DNA of 64,000 nucleotides from Trichosphaerium sp. ATCC 40318 (Eukaryota > Protista > Tubulinea): assembly GCA_038496445.1 (NCBI GenBank), contig JALMLS010000455.1:806001-870000 (forward strand), read 5' to 3'. Below, in pieces: positions 15,038-28,664 of the stretch. The translations under genes were made by a program, and so were the position numbers. Below the pieces are notes generated by a model. It did not search any database and was not told the DNA's origin. It was given only the letters and a program-made list of their open reading frames with translations. Position 1 is the first letter of the stretch, and every line of letters starts with the position of its first letter.

Positions 15038-16758
15038 ATGCTTACAACCATAAAGCTGTTAGCTTTACTATGTTGCGTCACCTACGTTGTGTATTCCAAG
15101 CGTTTTACATTACCAAGTGATCCCAAATGGCCAACGCGCACTCAAGTGTCATCATTTATCTCAACAATACAGTGCCAAGTCCTTCAACAAGGTGATGAAG
15201 CGTACGAAGATTCAATTCGCACGTGGAACCTAAGAACAGGACCACCACAGCCTTTTCTTGTCGTTGTACCATCAACTAAAGCGGATATCGCTTTTACACT
15301 CGCTTTCGCTTCTAAACACGTGATCCGTGTGTCGGTTAAGAGCACAGGACACCATCAAGATATAAGGTACACGTTATGTCAATAGAACTCATTAGATCGC
15401 TAACTACCATAGAAATACTGCAGATGATGCGATTTTACTTGATATGAGGTTATTTAACCAGAAATCGCTAGATATCAAGAACAAGCGTATCACGGTCGGT
15501 CCAGGTAAGCTATTAACTTCTTTAGCATTGTTTAGAATGGTATTTAGGGCAGTCATGGGGAGCGATACATAAATGGCTTAAAGTAGCGTCTAGTGGATCT
15601 TTAGTGGCTGCCAGTGGAGCAGATCCTGGTGTTGGACCAGCTGGATGGTCCATGGGTGGCGGTCATGGTAAATTAACACGGATGTATGGATTAGGAGTAG
15701 ATTTATTGACTGAGATAGAGTTGGTTCTTGCAAATGGCACGTGCATCTCCACTTCACACTATAGTTATCCAGATCTCTTCAAAGCTCTGAGAGGATCAGG
15801 AGGACATCCCTATGGTATAGTAACTGCACTAACGTTTGATGTATTTGATGATCCAGGTGCAGTAACGGAGTTTGAAGGATCGTTCCTAGTTTCAACTGAT
15901 GTCGCTGATTCTTTTCAAGATTGGTTGTCTCAAGCTCCTTATAATGCCGGAGGATACTTTGTTACAGGTTATTCATATGATAAACATGTAGCTTATGCTG
16001 TTATCTCAGCGTATTGTCTTGGAGATGCCTTGCAATGCTCAACAAGCTTAAAACCGCTTTCCGATATAAAAAATTGCTATAACTCTACTTTTCCTTGTCT
16101 TGTTTTAAAGACTTTTGACACGTATAGCGAATACTTAGATGCTCATGGTAATAAAACAGACAACGGCGGTGTTGGAGCTTACCTTGTATCAACATCTTTT
16201 GATTTTGAAACGAAGGGACAATTGTCACAAGTGTCGAAGTGGATGACCGATTTCAATGAAACAGAGTGGAATGGTGGTAGGATTGGATGCACTGGAAGTG
16301 GTGTGTTGGGCGGTATTAGCTCTCAATTAGATACTAAAGGCAATACGACTGTTGTATCTTCTGCCATGAGACAAGCTTTAATGGCTATAACTTGCTATGT
16401 TGGATGGGATGCGACTGGAGAAGAACGATCTGATTTGGTTCAAAGAATGGATGAGTGGGCGAATTCTGTTCTAAAGCCAACAGGTGTTGACAACTGGGTG
16501 TATTGGAACGAACCTCAACATAATTTTAAGTCTACAGAAGACTGGCAAACAAGTTATTATGGTTCTATTGAAGCGTATAATGAACTCCTTGAGGTTAAGA
16601 AAAGATATGATCCTGACTTTGTTTTAATGTGTTATCATTGTGTTGGTTGGGAGGAAGTAGAGAATGTAGATCCTGCAACATGTCCAAATGATTGTTCTTG
16701 TTCTAACCAGATCACGAAGGGAACTTGTGCTCACAAATTTTCTGGTGGTAAAAAATAA
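15038..16758 (+). CDS. Secreted FAD-linked oxidase, berberine-bridge-enzyme-like (VAO/PCMH family)
   Basis: Signal peptide; VKSTGHH (FAD-attachment His); GVGPAGWSMGGGHG; DLFKALRGSGG..YGIVT; YWNE...YYG..YNELLEVKKRYDP..CYHCVG. Confidence 0.9.
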
Positions 16759-16968
16759 AAGTGATTTCTTCCGACCAGTGGTGTTTAATCACATCTTGTA
16801 CAAGTTAGGTATTGTTGTTAGCAGGTAATACATATAAAAACCTCGTTGAGTAATGTTATGGTTAAAAACTAGAGAGAAGCATTTGAGTAGACAAGCCTAT
16901 GTGCTTGACTTTTTTATTTTGATTTCGTTGCTGGTACAAAGTTCTATCCTGTCTTTAGCTTGGTTTGT

Positions 16969-17953
16969 TTATTTGTGAACGATATATAGTACTCCGTAAC
17001 CGCATACTCTATTACAAACGATAGCCAAACTGATAGCCCAAAAGGTACATCCCAGCACCGTAACCCAGCATCCTAACCACTATGTCAAAAAAAAAACCGA
17101 GAGAAACTGAATATTTTTGAGTCTTTAAATACTTACCTCATTGAAAGGGAGTATCAAAAATAAACCCATAAATATTGGTCTCTGCATTACAATAACAAGT
17201 GATGTGCCCAATGATCTTAAGTTCCATAAACGATGCTCTGAGAATTTCTTATTTTTTGCAGCATACAAAGACATACACATGCAATAAAGAAATTTGATTG
17301 CAACAATGAATGATACAACTGTCACGTGCAAATCATGCAATGTTTTAACAGCCAATACTATAGATGATAAACTCAAGAAAGTACCTAGCAGGTAGTACAA
17401 ATCTTAAGAGTTAAGGGTAACAAAAGATAACGTCCAAACAAAACAGCCTTTAAGGTTGTATTGAGCTGAAAAAGACTTAAACTGTGAGGATACAACCACA
17501 TGATCTATGAATGACAGGGTAGTTCTTCCTTAGTGCAGTAGAGAACTGAAACGGCAACAATATCGCTAAAACAAGTCAATTTGTCTTATTTTAGTGTTAA
17601 AGTACCGTATAGGGTTCCAACATGTACATGAGAGTTGACAACTTGCTTTACGGGCGCTATATGGTAATGAGAGAACTTTTCCTTTTGTATTCGATCGCCT
17701 ATTCTTGAAAAACGTTAAACAATATCTAAACAGCGCTATGAATATAGTACTGATCGGTTACGTTATATCCTTGCGCTCGTAAGTCAGCCTGGAGCTAGTT
17801 TAGTCGAAATAGCTTAAAAACGCGTAATTATCGTACCGCAAAGGTATCAGGGAAGTCGTGAGGTTTTCCAATGGCAAAACGGTACGAGTTTGCTAAGCTC
17901 CAAGCAATAATCCCAATAAATGCAATGGTGGGTACTATAGATCTAATATTCAT
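16969..17953 (-). CDS. DUF2306-like multi-pass membrane protein
   Basis: HVHVGT, LPFQFSTALRKNYPVIHR, AAKNKKFSEHRLWNLRS match the H...Q...R...HR and HR.W..RS pattern of this family. Confidence 0.7.
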
Positions 17954-18298
17954 AGTGGGTGAGATGCAAATGACTGTACAGTATGTATTGAATTGTGCGA
18001 GAAAAGTTGTGGCTTTGAGATTTAATCCTTTGTTGCAACTTTTTAGCATAACTATTAGAACTGTAAGTTTTGTAATTAGGCAAAAACGCCTCAAAGGCTA
18101 ATTGCGAGTACACTCGCAAAAAATGGGTTACTCTTTAATTTAACTCCCGCACATGACTTTAAACTGACTAGTGTTCAGCAGATGAACTTTTCTTGTTTTT
18201 TTCTGTTTTTTAGGTTGTTACCACAAGCCGGAAGTACGGGTAATATAAAAGGTTTTTTATATAGAGAAATTGTTGTAAACTCATCAGAGAACAGACTT

Positions 18299-20684
18299 CT
18301 ATTTATCGCCACAATAAACTGTTCCTTCTTCAATATTTTTTAATCCTTCGATGCCTTCATACCAATTACCCTCAATACTTGGTTCCATAGTTATTGCAGT
18401 ACCGTAGATGTTAGCGTATAGATAACCATCTGGCACAATTTGATAATCAGCTTCATCAAGGCTAGCATTAAGAGCATTTCTCATAGCTTCTCTGATTTCG
18501 TTCAAGGTGATATTTTTATGGTAAGGAAGATACTCAATACCACTTCCTTTCTCTATTAAGGAACGTAGTTTATTACCAATATCACTCCCGCTGAATATCT
18601 CAATCATCATTTCAGCACCACCAGGTAGGTCAGGGTTATTTTTTGATAGCTCTCCTTTGATTACAGCTTCAATCCCGCCTTCTTCTTTTTCTCCTCGTTC
18701 TTTTATACTTTGTACGCCCTTTAAAGCTAAACATGGTTAGTGTCGTAACAAAGATTGATTGGAAGCAATAACAGCGCACATAGAGAATCGATATCAAGAT
18801 AGTTTAGGCAAGGATCAGCAATACCAAACCCGCGATTTGAGTATTTCAAAAGACGCTTACAAAAAGTAACATTTTGTCTAATTCTCATTCGTTGAGTTGA
18901 TGCGAGATTATAGCGTGTATTAAAAGCATTCAAAGCTCTCTTTGAAGCCCAAACGGTATCACCATCAAAACCAACACTTGTTATATCGATATCAGTAGTG
19001 AGGATGATGCTCTCAATGGTCTCAAAATTTTCTCTAAGTAGGTTTTGTTAGTCTTTTTTTCTTGTTTTAGTAGTAACATTACTTACGCTAAGCTCATTTG
19101 CATGTGTCGTTTTGGGTACCCAAAGCATTGTGTTATTGTGCAAGGTGTGCGTACATTCATACTAATCCAACCGTTTTTATCAGTAAAATACTCAGAAGAT
19201 TCTACAATCTTAGTTCGCGCCGTTAGTATTCAGGAAAAAAACAAGAATGAAGTAAGCGTACCATACCCTCCAAAGATTCGCTGTTATCGTATCCATAGAA
19301 ATATACATCAACATCTGATGAAGTCCAGTGTTCATCGTAATAAGCCCTTAATGCTTCTCCTTTTAGCTGTTTACCATCGTCACCAAAAACAGGTAACAGA
19401 GCTGCAGCAACAGCTCCACCAATAACAACAATGCCATCCTTCCAATCTAGTCAAAAAAGGTTAAACAGTCACCAGAGAATATTGGCAATCATACAACTAA
19501 ATTCTGACCAATCTTGTCCTGTAAATATCTCGAACTGTTTCAAAAAAGTCTCTCTATCAACAACAGAATAATCACCAACTTGAGGTACATTTTTTGTTGT
19601 TGGTTTAACAAATGACTTGTATCCTGATTTCTTTGAATAACAACTGTTAGTTAGACTCTCGTAACTCAAAATGACGTGCCTCCATATCGCTGGTATCACA
19701 TATTTTAAACCACTCGCGTCTGTCGAATACAGAAATAAGAGAACCCATACACAGATACTCTTTTTCAATACACTCAAGGTGTTCTTGTTGAGAATTTTCA
19801 ATAACTTGAGCAAGACGACCTTTGTTTCGACTGTCTAGTTTAGTAGCAGCCTCCCAACGACTTACGTGATGTCCAGGTATGCTTGAGAGTATCTGGCCGT
19901 ATGCTGCAGTCTGTAGCTTCATTACTTCCGTAATTGAAGAGCGACCTTCTTCACTCGTAAAATAAAAATCTGAAACAATCTTGGACGCCAACACTTTAAG
20001 TGAATCAACACGCTTTACTGTCTATAAAAAAACCAATCAAACAAGATCTTGGGAATAGTTTAAACGTACTCTTTTAGTCTTGGTTGAGTCGATAAACTGT
20101 ACGTATTCATCATAACACATGGCGACAGCAATATCATAGGCAGTTTCTCCATTTTCATCTTTTGTTAACCCAAGCCCAGCATCCATTAAAAGTCTAGCTC
20201 CAGCAACATTATTACAAAACGCAGTGTAATGTAAAGGAGTCCTCCCTTTCTCGTCTACGGCAGAAGAAGCCCCACGAACTAAATAAACAACGTTAAAGAT
20301 TTCCAAGAAAGTTTCGAAAAGTTTTCATCTCTAGCATGTACTAAAATGCGTACCACGTTTTAATACTTCTTGTAAAAGCTGCGTATCACTCATCAAAGCA
20401 GCGTAATGTAGAGCTGAACCCTTACATTTACCTTTGTATTTAAACGAGTGCACAACGGCCTCAATGAGACTATCCTAGAGATATATAAGCGGTTTACGGC
20501 TGTTTAGTCGGTTTTTATGTTTTGAACGGTTTTTTTTGTTTATTCGTACTTGAGGTATGGAACGCGCCCATTTAGGATTGTAAGGGTTTGGAGGCGGTTT
20601 CTTTTCGTTTTGCTTTTTTTGTATTGCCTTTAGTTCAGCGGGTCTGCCACGCAACAATGTTAATGCTTTCTCTATTGTGTACAT
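18299..20684 (-). CDS. Ankyrin repeats fused to a Pol-beta-like nucleotidyltransferase domain
   Basis: Ankyrin repeats GSALHYAA, GRTPLHYTA, GETAYDIA; then IVVIGGAVAAALLP...SSDVDVYFYG...VRTPCTITQCFGYPKRHMQ...DIDITSVGFDG..VWASKRA...RLLKYSNRGF. Confidence 0.8.
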
Positions 20685-21432
20685 GTTGGCGTGCTATAAA
20701 CAGTTTGCTTGTTTCTTGTTTCTTCAAATCGAGTATAACCGAAAACTCGCAATTTTTGCGAGAAGTTAAACTCGTTCTCATAATGATTGTCATGATTTTG
20801 ATGGGAAAACCTTTGGACAAATCACTTTCACAGGAAGTGTACAATTGTGCCTTTTCTACATACCAATGAGTACGATGTAATGGCAAGATTTTGTAATTCG
20901 TTTCTTGTCAAATGCACTACAAAGCAAAAGAACAAGGCCTTTATTCTAGTGCTCTTGCAACTGGTACAAAAATGAGGTTGAAAGCAGCGTTGTTCTGTCG
21001 CTACATAACACAATACCGTTCCCTTAAAAAGTACAGTACAGAATCCAAAACCCCACAAGCAAATACATTGTGAAGTAATTCTTTTTCTATCTTTAAGCAC
21101 ATTGTGACACCATCCAAGCAGCGATCAAGTCCGTCATTGCCGATAATACCTGGATAACAAAATATACCTATGGCTGTAAACAGAGCCGGAACACTTGGGA
21201 ACAGATTTGTTTTCGTACTGCAAGTTGGTTGTCTTAGAAACTTCTAGAAGGTACGCCAACAGAAATTTTATGAATTTTCAAAAACACATTCCGCCCTTCC
21301 ACAGAAAGGTGGGGTTAAGGGGATAAACTTGTTGCGTGAGTTAAGGTGACTTAGAAAAACTTAACATAGTTTTTTTCTGAATTTAGCAATACAAGCGCGT
21401 GTACGATCTAAATCGATTCCAACACTTCCGTA

Positions 21433-23687
21433 ATGGAAGGCCGTATTGTAAAGAAGCAAACACGGACATCTGGTTCCACTATAAAACGAGCTCAGGCCTG
21501 TACTTCTTGTAGACAAAAACACGTTAAATGCGATGGTAAGAGTCCCTGTGCGTATTGTAGTACACGTAACCTCCAATGCGTTTATTCATTACCCAAAAAA
21601 CGCGGTCCAGTGCTAGGTACGCTCTAGCTGATAAAATACGAGCAGGATTAATGTAAAACGCAAAGGGAAACGTAAAAAATCGCAACAAGCTTTTCTCATG
21701 ATGCAAGAACAGCTAGCTGCTCAACAACGCGAACTGGAATTTTTAAGAACCAAATGCGCTACTTTAGAGACACGAAAAGGGGTGATGGAAATTACAACGG
21801 TTCGCTGAAATTAGCGAGTTTTTCGTCTAATTTACAGCTGTTAGAGCACGATATGGCAACGTTCAATTCATTTCGGAATTGCCTCCAACATAGCTACATG
21901 GATTCAGGCTTATAGTACAATAGTGTACCCAGTCCATGTACGTTTAAAAGTCAGAGAAAAAGGCTATTTTGGCAACTTGCCAAAAAACCTTCTCTACGTT
22001 TTGTTACGCAACTCCTTAGCTCATACTCACCTAAGGGCGTGTCGATACAGCAATGGAACTCCCAGTACGTCATGGAAATATTCCAAACAAGATCAAGTAT
22101 GTTGGTAGAGCTAGTGACCTTTTTTTTTGTTGAACGTCCTTTTTATTCTTTTTTTTTTCTCGTTTTGAACTTATGTCTAATAGATTGGACACGTGATCCG
22201 GAAGTCACTGAAATATTGGCAATGCTTTCTATTGGTGCATCGTACATTGAATGTAGGAATGAAGCGAATCATTTTATTCAAATGTGCAAACAGATTTTTT
22301 CGAATCTGGGAACATACAAGCATCCGTCTATTGCTAGTGCGTTTTGCTTTTGGAGTTACTTTTATTTATTGAGGTGTATAGATGCTCTAATACTATCGGG
22401 TGACTATGGATACATAAGTGGAGTGATAGAGGAATTCTATAACTGGTCAACGAGAGGTGAAGGTACACGAAGAGCTCGCAATATTATCTCGTAATTAACT
22501 TTTTTTTCAGCAATGCTTCAAGAACTTTGTCAAGATCCTAAGTATATGGCGGATACTTTGTGTTTAGATAGACTAAAAACAATATTAAGACGAGCAGATA
22601 TTTTTAATCCAAAAATTCTTACGCATAGGTAATCGTGACTTGAACTTAAGTACTCCTCCAAAGCTTAGTAATTTTTTCTAGAAAAGAGGCGTCAGTAAAA
22701 CTTAAAAGGCTAAGTGATGAGGTTATGCACATTTTAGATAGTCCCTGGCCATTACCTTTGCATGAAGCGTGCCAAATATCGTGGTGTGTTCTCGCTAAGG
22801 TAATAATCAAGCATACAAGCCAACACCCTTTAAATTTTTTTTACAGATTTGGACATCAATATCTCATCAAATACCTTCGCATGATGGGACTTTTGGTAAA
22901 CCTGTTGGATATAGATTACAACACATAGTAAGGGGAATACCTTGTGCGGCGTTTTACTTACAAATTGTCAAGTCTGAAGACCAGTTCGCTTTAAACTTGT
23001 ATGAATTGTCGAAGGTTAAGTCTTTCGTTGAGAATTTTGCTGATGGTGTTCACCCGTTGGTATCTTGTGGATGGGATTCTGCACTTAATTTTGTGCGTGC
23101 CGTGATTTTCTTTGCAGGAGGATTTACTGCCGAAGCGCATAAGGTACGACAATAATAACAATTCTTTCCAAAAGCGCTAACTATTGGGAAACAGCTAGCA
23201 CAGAAAGTGTTCCATGCGATGACTACAGGGCACCTAAGTCATCCCGTTGCTAAATCGATAGGACACGCATGTTTTCTTTATGATGTATGTTCCATAGCTA
23301 TATACGCAGGGGATGGTCCATTCTTTGTTGAGGTAAATACTTTTTTATTCGGTTGTTTTTGAACTCAACTTTCCAAGTGTGGTTTTGTTAACTTATCATG
23401 TCTTTTAGGTATTTTGCTACCTTTATAAACAATACCCAGATTTCCATACAACCCTTAAGTACGTAATAATTAGTAGTTTAAATCGGCCGCAGAAAAAGAT
23501 ACTCAAACTAGTTTTCTTATTTTTTTCTTTGAAATATTCCCTTTTACTAAACTTGAAACGTAGATCTCTTGCTCAACTTGCACAAGAAGAAAATTTACAA
23601 TACGATAAATCATCTATTGTAAATACAATCTTTGATATTAGTAACCCATACGCATTCGAAGTACAGCCATACAACGACTTAAAGTAA
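21433..23687 (+). CDS. Zn(II)2Cys6 binuclear-cluster transcription factor, multi-exon
   Basis: ACTSCRQKHVKCDGKSPCAYCSTRNLQCVY..PKKRGP, followed by a coiled coil and a helical region; last exon ends ...YNDLK* at 23687. Confidence 0.85.
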
Positions 23688-24071
23688 AAAAGTAACAAAT
23701 GGTTTTGTTCTAAATCCTTTTTTAGCGATACTGATCTTACTATACCAAACATTAGCGAAGAAACACTTTCTTTAAGTCCCTTAACACCTGATAACGAATT
23801 ATGGAGTACACTTGTAAACCTGTAAATACATGTAAATAAAAATAAGAATCGTAACATAAAACTGCACGTGTATTTTTGAACTCTTTTTTAAAAACGATTG
23901 TTGCCTTACTATCTTTTTTATAACTCTTATGACGTTGAATACAATAGTTCATTGTCTCTTCCATGCCCTTTATACCTAAGCGGCTCTAGCAAAGTAGCTT
24001 GGTGTGACTTATGATATCTTAGTTAAGTCAGTTATTTTCGTGTATTGTTTTACACCATCAAACAACTCGCA

Positions 24072-24937
24072 ATGAAAAGCTGCGCTTTAGTACTTACTGT
24101 TTTCGTATGCATTATTGTAACTTACGGTACGATCAGCAAGCAGAAAAAGGACTTTCGTAATTACTATGTGTTTAGCACGTGAACAAACATGTGAAGAGTT
24201 CGTAGAGGTACGCATACGCTCATGGTTAACGTTAAAGCTCATTTCATTTATAGAAGAAATTACCATACAAGGTATTGTAATACGGAGTACCCTGCACCGT
24301 TAACAAGAGGCCCTACGTTCGGAATTTACTCGTTTGATTAACTTTCGAAATAGCCATGCAGAGACCCACGAATTGACTGTTTGATGAAGGCTGATGATAT
24401 AAAATCCTGTCCGACGTACGCTACAAGTTATTTTTATCACGTTTTTTTTTTGGCGTTAAATATTAATTAACTCTATCGTACAGAGGTCAACAAATATGTT
24501 CGTTTAAAAGTACAGCATTTTATCAAAAGGTTTGTATGCCTACTACATGTGACGCTACGAAAAACAAGAAGGAAATATCACTCATAGAAGCTAACTTTAG
24601 CGTAAGGTTTTTTCTCCAAGAGTCGTTGGTTTTGGTAGTCTAAGTCTTGTTCCTTTAGAACCATTGTCGCTCAGAGTTTTCTGCTGACCAATGTCGGGTC
24701 GCCTTTGGTTACTGCTATCAGCCTACAACACATTATTACCACAAAAATATAACGTTCTCTCAGTACACAGTTAGCATCTGTGCAGTTACTATTCTTATTT
24801 TAATTCCTGTTCTATTGATTTATGTGATTGTATGCCAGTTTTTACAACTGTATTGAAGTTCTAATACTCACTTGTTGTTGCAGGCAAAGAGACGAAAGGC
24901 TGCAAGAAATATAGACACCATCACATACGACTTATAA
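24072..24937 (+). CDS. Small Cys-rich type I membrane protein, 7 exons (absent from the ORF track)
   Basis: Signal MKSCALVLTVFVCIIVTYA; all introns GT-AG and in frame; Cys-rich ectodomain; TM ICAVTILILIPVLLIYVI; tail AKRRKAARNIDTITYDL*. Confidence 0.75.
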
Positions 24938-25171
24938 GACTATGAAGCAGAAATCATTGTAAAATTGAACAAACGAGAATAAAGACTTAACACGTGATAC
25001 TTGCAACAGTTTCTCACTTAATTCAAAAAAAAAAGAGCGCCTTTATGTTGTTGTACGTTAATGGAACAAGTCTGTGTGGTACTACAAAACCTGTGAGATC
25101 TGGCTATTGCTGTTAGTGTCTAAGGAGCGTTTTGAACAGATTTAAGTCAGAATCGGTTACAAACTGCAACA

Positions 25172-26316
25172 ATGACATCTAGTCTTCTTGTTACCATTTT
25201 TCTTGCGTGTGGTAAGCGTTTTAATAAGCTTTTAGTCGTGAAGGTTGTTTCTAAACACCAGTAGTTTGTTTATCTTTAGGAGGAGATCCAGCTGATTCAT
25301 GGCTCGCTTACGCGATTGCGCCAGGTTCTGATATCGTTACTTCAGTAAAAGCGACTTGGATTGTACCATCGGAACCTACGGTGGCACGTATACGTTTTAT
25401 ATAACATCTGACCAACAATTTGAAATGTTTGTGTACTTTTCAACGGCTTTGAAGCCGTATTTTTGTTGTTTTCGCTCAAAAAGTACGTCAAACCCTTATT
25501 TTCTCATCTAGGATGGTGGTTACCCTGCTTTTTGGTTTGGCATTGAACCTAGACCAGCTCTTAACTTGATCCAGCCGATACTGAAGGTATGGTATCGTAT
25601 TTTTTAAAAAGCAAAGTATCACGTGCGAGAATTTTTACTAAAAAATGTCTAGTGGCAAGGTTATGGTTATTCCATTTTTAATGAATATTATGAGTGGGAT
25701 ACTGGTTATGATTTCCAGTCAGAATCTCATTCTGTCAAAGCAGGTGAGGGTTTAAGTTTTGATGAAAGCGAAAAAAGAAATGTAAAATTTTGCTTTTTTT
25801 TTGCTAACTTGAAGCTAGGTGATACTATTATTGCGTCAGTGACTTATTCACCATCAAATAACTCTTATGATATGTTCATTAAATGTGTCGATGATGGTTG
25901 GTCTGTAAGATCAAGCATTAAAGTTGAAGGCGTAAGTCACGTGATCCTTAAAAACATTAACTTAAAAAATTGGTTTCTAGACTAAGAAATATGTTGACAC
26001 ATACTTTGTTATCGAGCATCAGCCATCGACTTGTAGTCAATACCCAAAATCCGGGAAAATAACTTTTGATGATATAGCTATTAGCATTAACAATAAGTAC
26101 GTACTGTATTAAATTGAGAGTTCTCGAGCGTATTAAACTTTGGTTTGAAAAATGTTTTTTTTGAGACTGTTTTTTCGGGTTTTTTCTTTGTATCTAACTA
26201 ATATTTCTAGACCAATTACTCCTCAATGGACAGCAAAGAAGTATCAAGATGCATGCGATTGTACTCCTAAAGTATTAAGTAGCTCGTCTGTGCAGTTCAC
26301 ATGGAACACAGCTTAG
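25172..26316 (+). CDS. Secreted glutamic peptidase G1 (eqolisin)-like protein, 7 exons (absent from the ORF track)
   Basis: Signal peptide; SWLAYA, VTSVKATWIVPS, AFWFGIE...LIQPIL (catalytic Q), VKAGDTIIASV, YFVIEH (catalytic E), ITFDDI. Confidence 0.75.
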
Positions 26317-26547
26317 CACTCTTACATGTTTGAAATATTTCAGTAAAATGATTATGCTGAGAATAACATAGCCCAGCTTCGTAACTTGAAAAAACTTAGT
26401 TTTGTGTATTGACAACTAATACATACGTTCTTAGGAACCGTAAATGCATTGCCATCATAGAAAGACTTGCTTTTAAAAGACAAAAAAGTTCATGTTTTCG
26501 GAAGTTTATTTTTATTTTTAGATTCCTTTGAAATGACTCTATCCTCT

Positions 26548-28664
26548 TTAAGATATACGGTTGTAGGTGTAACGTTTGTAGAATAAAACCACAACAACTA
26601 TCACAACAGCAACTAAACAGGTATAAGACTTGACTTAAAGGTAGTAAAAAACTGCAATAATGCATACGTATGAACAGCCCTGCTATTCCCATGCCTATAA
26701 AAAAGTATCTTGCTTTTACACCAGAGGCACTTGTTGGTTCATGGAGTGCTGGAGTAGTAGGTTCTGATGTTGGTGGTTGTGATGTTGGTTCTTGCGTTGG
26801 CGAGATTGTAGGTGGAACAACACAAAACCTGTTACCACTTCTTCCTTCCTTATGACCACCTTGCTCCCCATTTGGGCAAAGCTTACAATATTGTAGCCCG
26901 TATCCATCACTGTAATTACTTCCAGTACACTCTTCGCATGTTCCAACAGCTGTACTAGATAACTATAAGTGTTTCGAAGAAATGCTGTAAGTGACCTACC
27001 CAGCAGTGCCAGGACTACATAGTTCACATCCATACCCATCCTCGTAGCTCTCCCCACGTTTACAATATGTGCAAACGGAAGGATTCTTAGGATCTTGATG
27101 TTTACCTTCAGGACATGGTATACAAGTAACAAAATCAGCCTTGTACTTGAAAACATCTGTACAAGAGACTAAAGAGTAAAAACGTAAGAATAGTTTAAGA
27201 AAAATTGCGGGAAAAAAAAAAACACTGTACAATCAAGAGTGCACGTGATGCTGTTCCTACTAATATCAAAATATGGCGTTTGTGCTTTTAATGCAAAGAG
27301 AATAGCGCCAGAATCACTTTTGTTCTGAAGAAGTAGTTAGAAAGACTAGTTGTGCAATAATAGTAGAGTTATCATACTGGGCATCCGAACGAGTTGTCAA
27401 CAATAGTAGAGTTGTATTGTGACATCTCTGTATTTCTTTGTGTTTCATAGACGAAGCAGGCTTCTGTTCCTTTGAATGTGTTGTGTTTTACTTCAAGCAT
27501 ACTTGTAGCATTAAGTTCTGAAACAAGGAACGAGATACATGCTGGATTGCGAATGCTCCATCTTTCAAAGTTACAACCAGAAATAGTATTCCCGTTAAAC
27601 TTAGTGTTACTGCTTATAACCTGTATTGCTCGAGCACTCAAGCCATCAATGTCAAAGGTGCTATCCACAACACTCACCTTATGTGCTTGATTTTAAGTTA
27701 GCATTTGTGATAGTTGTAAGTATTGTGATTACCTTGTAATACTAGTGCATAAAAGTCTTTAGGATCACTTGTTAAAGAACAGTGTTCTATGTGTACGGAA
27801 ATTTTAGATTGCCAATTAACTTCAACAGTAAATGTTCGCTGTATATCTACTCTGCGAAGGGTTATGCTCCCGATGTTTTTATATACTGCATTGTTCAAAC
27901 TAATCTCTTTGGAACAAAGTCAGCTTCAGCCTGACTTCCACAAGCTTTCAATTAACGTACTTGATTCTGCAGTCATTGTGGTATCTACTAAAGTAAGATT
28001 TACTTCAGAACTAAATGTATGTGGCTTTAAGAATAACATAGGGTCTGTAAGGCCATTAATAGTAAAGCCATAGCCATCCAACTCAAACTGGAAAAAATGT
28101 TAAGCTACACTTTTGACACGTGATTCTAACTGGCTATGTACTAGTATGTTCACGCTCCTAGCTGCTGTCATATTATACCATGGTTGGTATGATATTATTC
28201 TTTCACTGTTCGCAGTTCTATAGTCATTGCTGGTATCTCCTGGTAGATATTCTCCTCCTGTTAAGTTGTTTAACAGAAATCTTAAATAAAATACAACGCT
28301 ACGTACCATCAAGGCAGATAACTACCCTAGAAGTAGCTGAACTACTGTTTGATGTTTTAAAGAGCGCTTGAGATACCGTTTTCAAAGGAGAACTCGTGTC
28401 GAGACCATTCTAGCTTACGGTTATGGATTAATTTGTATTTGATTAGCCGCTTACACTGCTGTCATTACCCCACGGTGCAACGAAAATATTACAAGCTATT
28501 GTATTTTATAAGCGTTTAGAACGTAGTAGACATAAGGTATACGCACAGTAAGCGTCTACAGGTAGTTTAGCGTGAATACTATTTGTTGAAAGTTGTGCGT
28601 GTACGCATGCAATGCACGTTACCACAACTACAAAGAGAATGCACTTAGAGAAGCTTTGGTACAT
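26548..28664 (-). CDS. Type I membrane protein: pectin-lyase-like beta-helix region + Cys-rich CxxCxxG repeats + PT stalk + TM
   Basis: Signal peptide; FVAPWGNDSSNGLDTSSPLKTVSQAL; CIPCPEGKHQ, CTYCKRGE, CELCSPGTAG; TM and tail KRYTYNRIS*. Confidence 0.75.
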
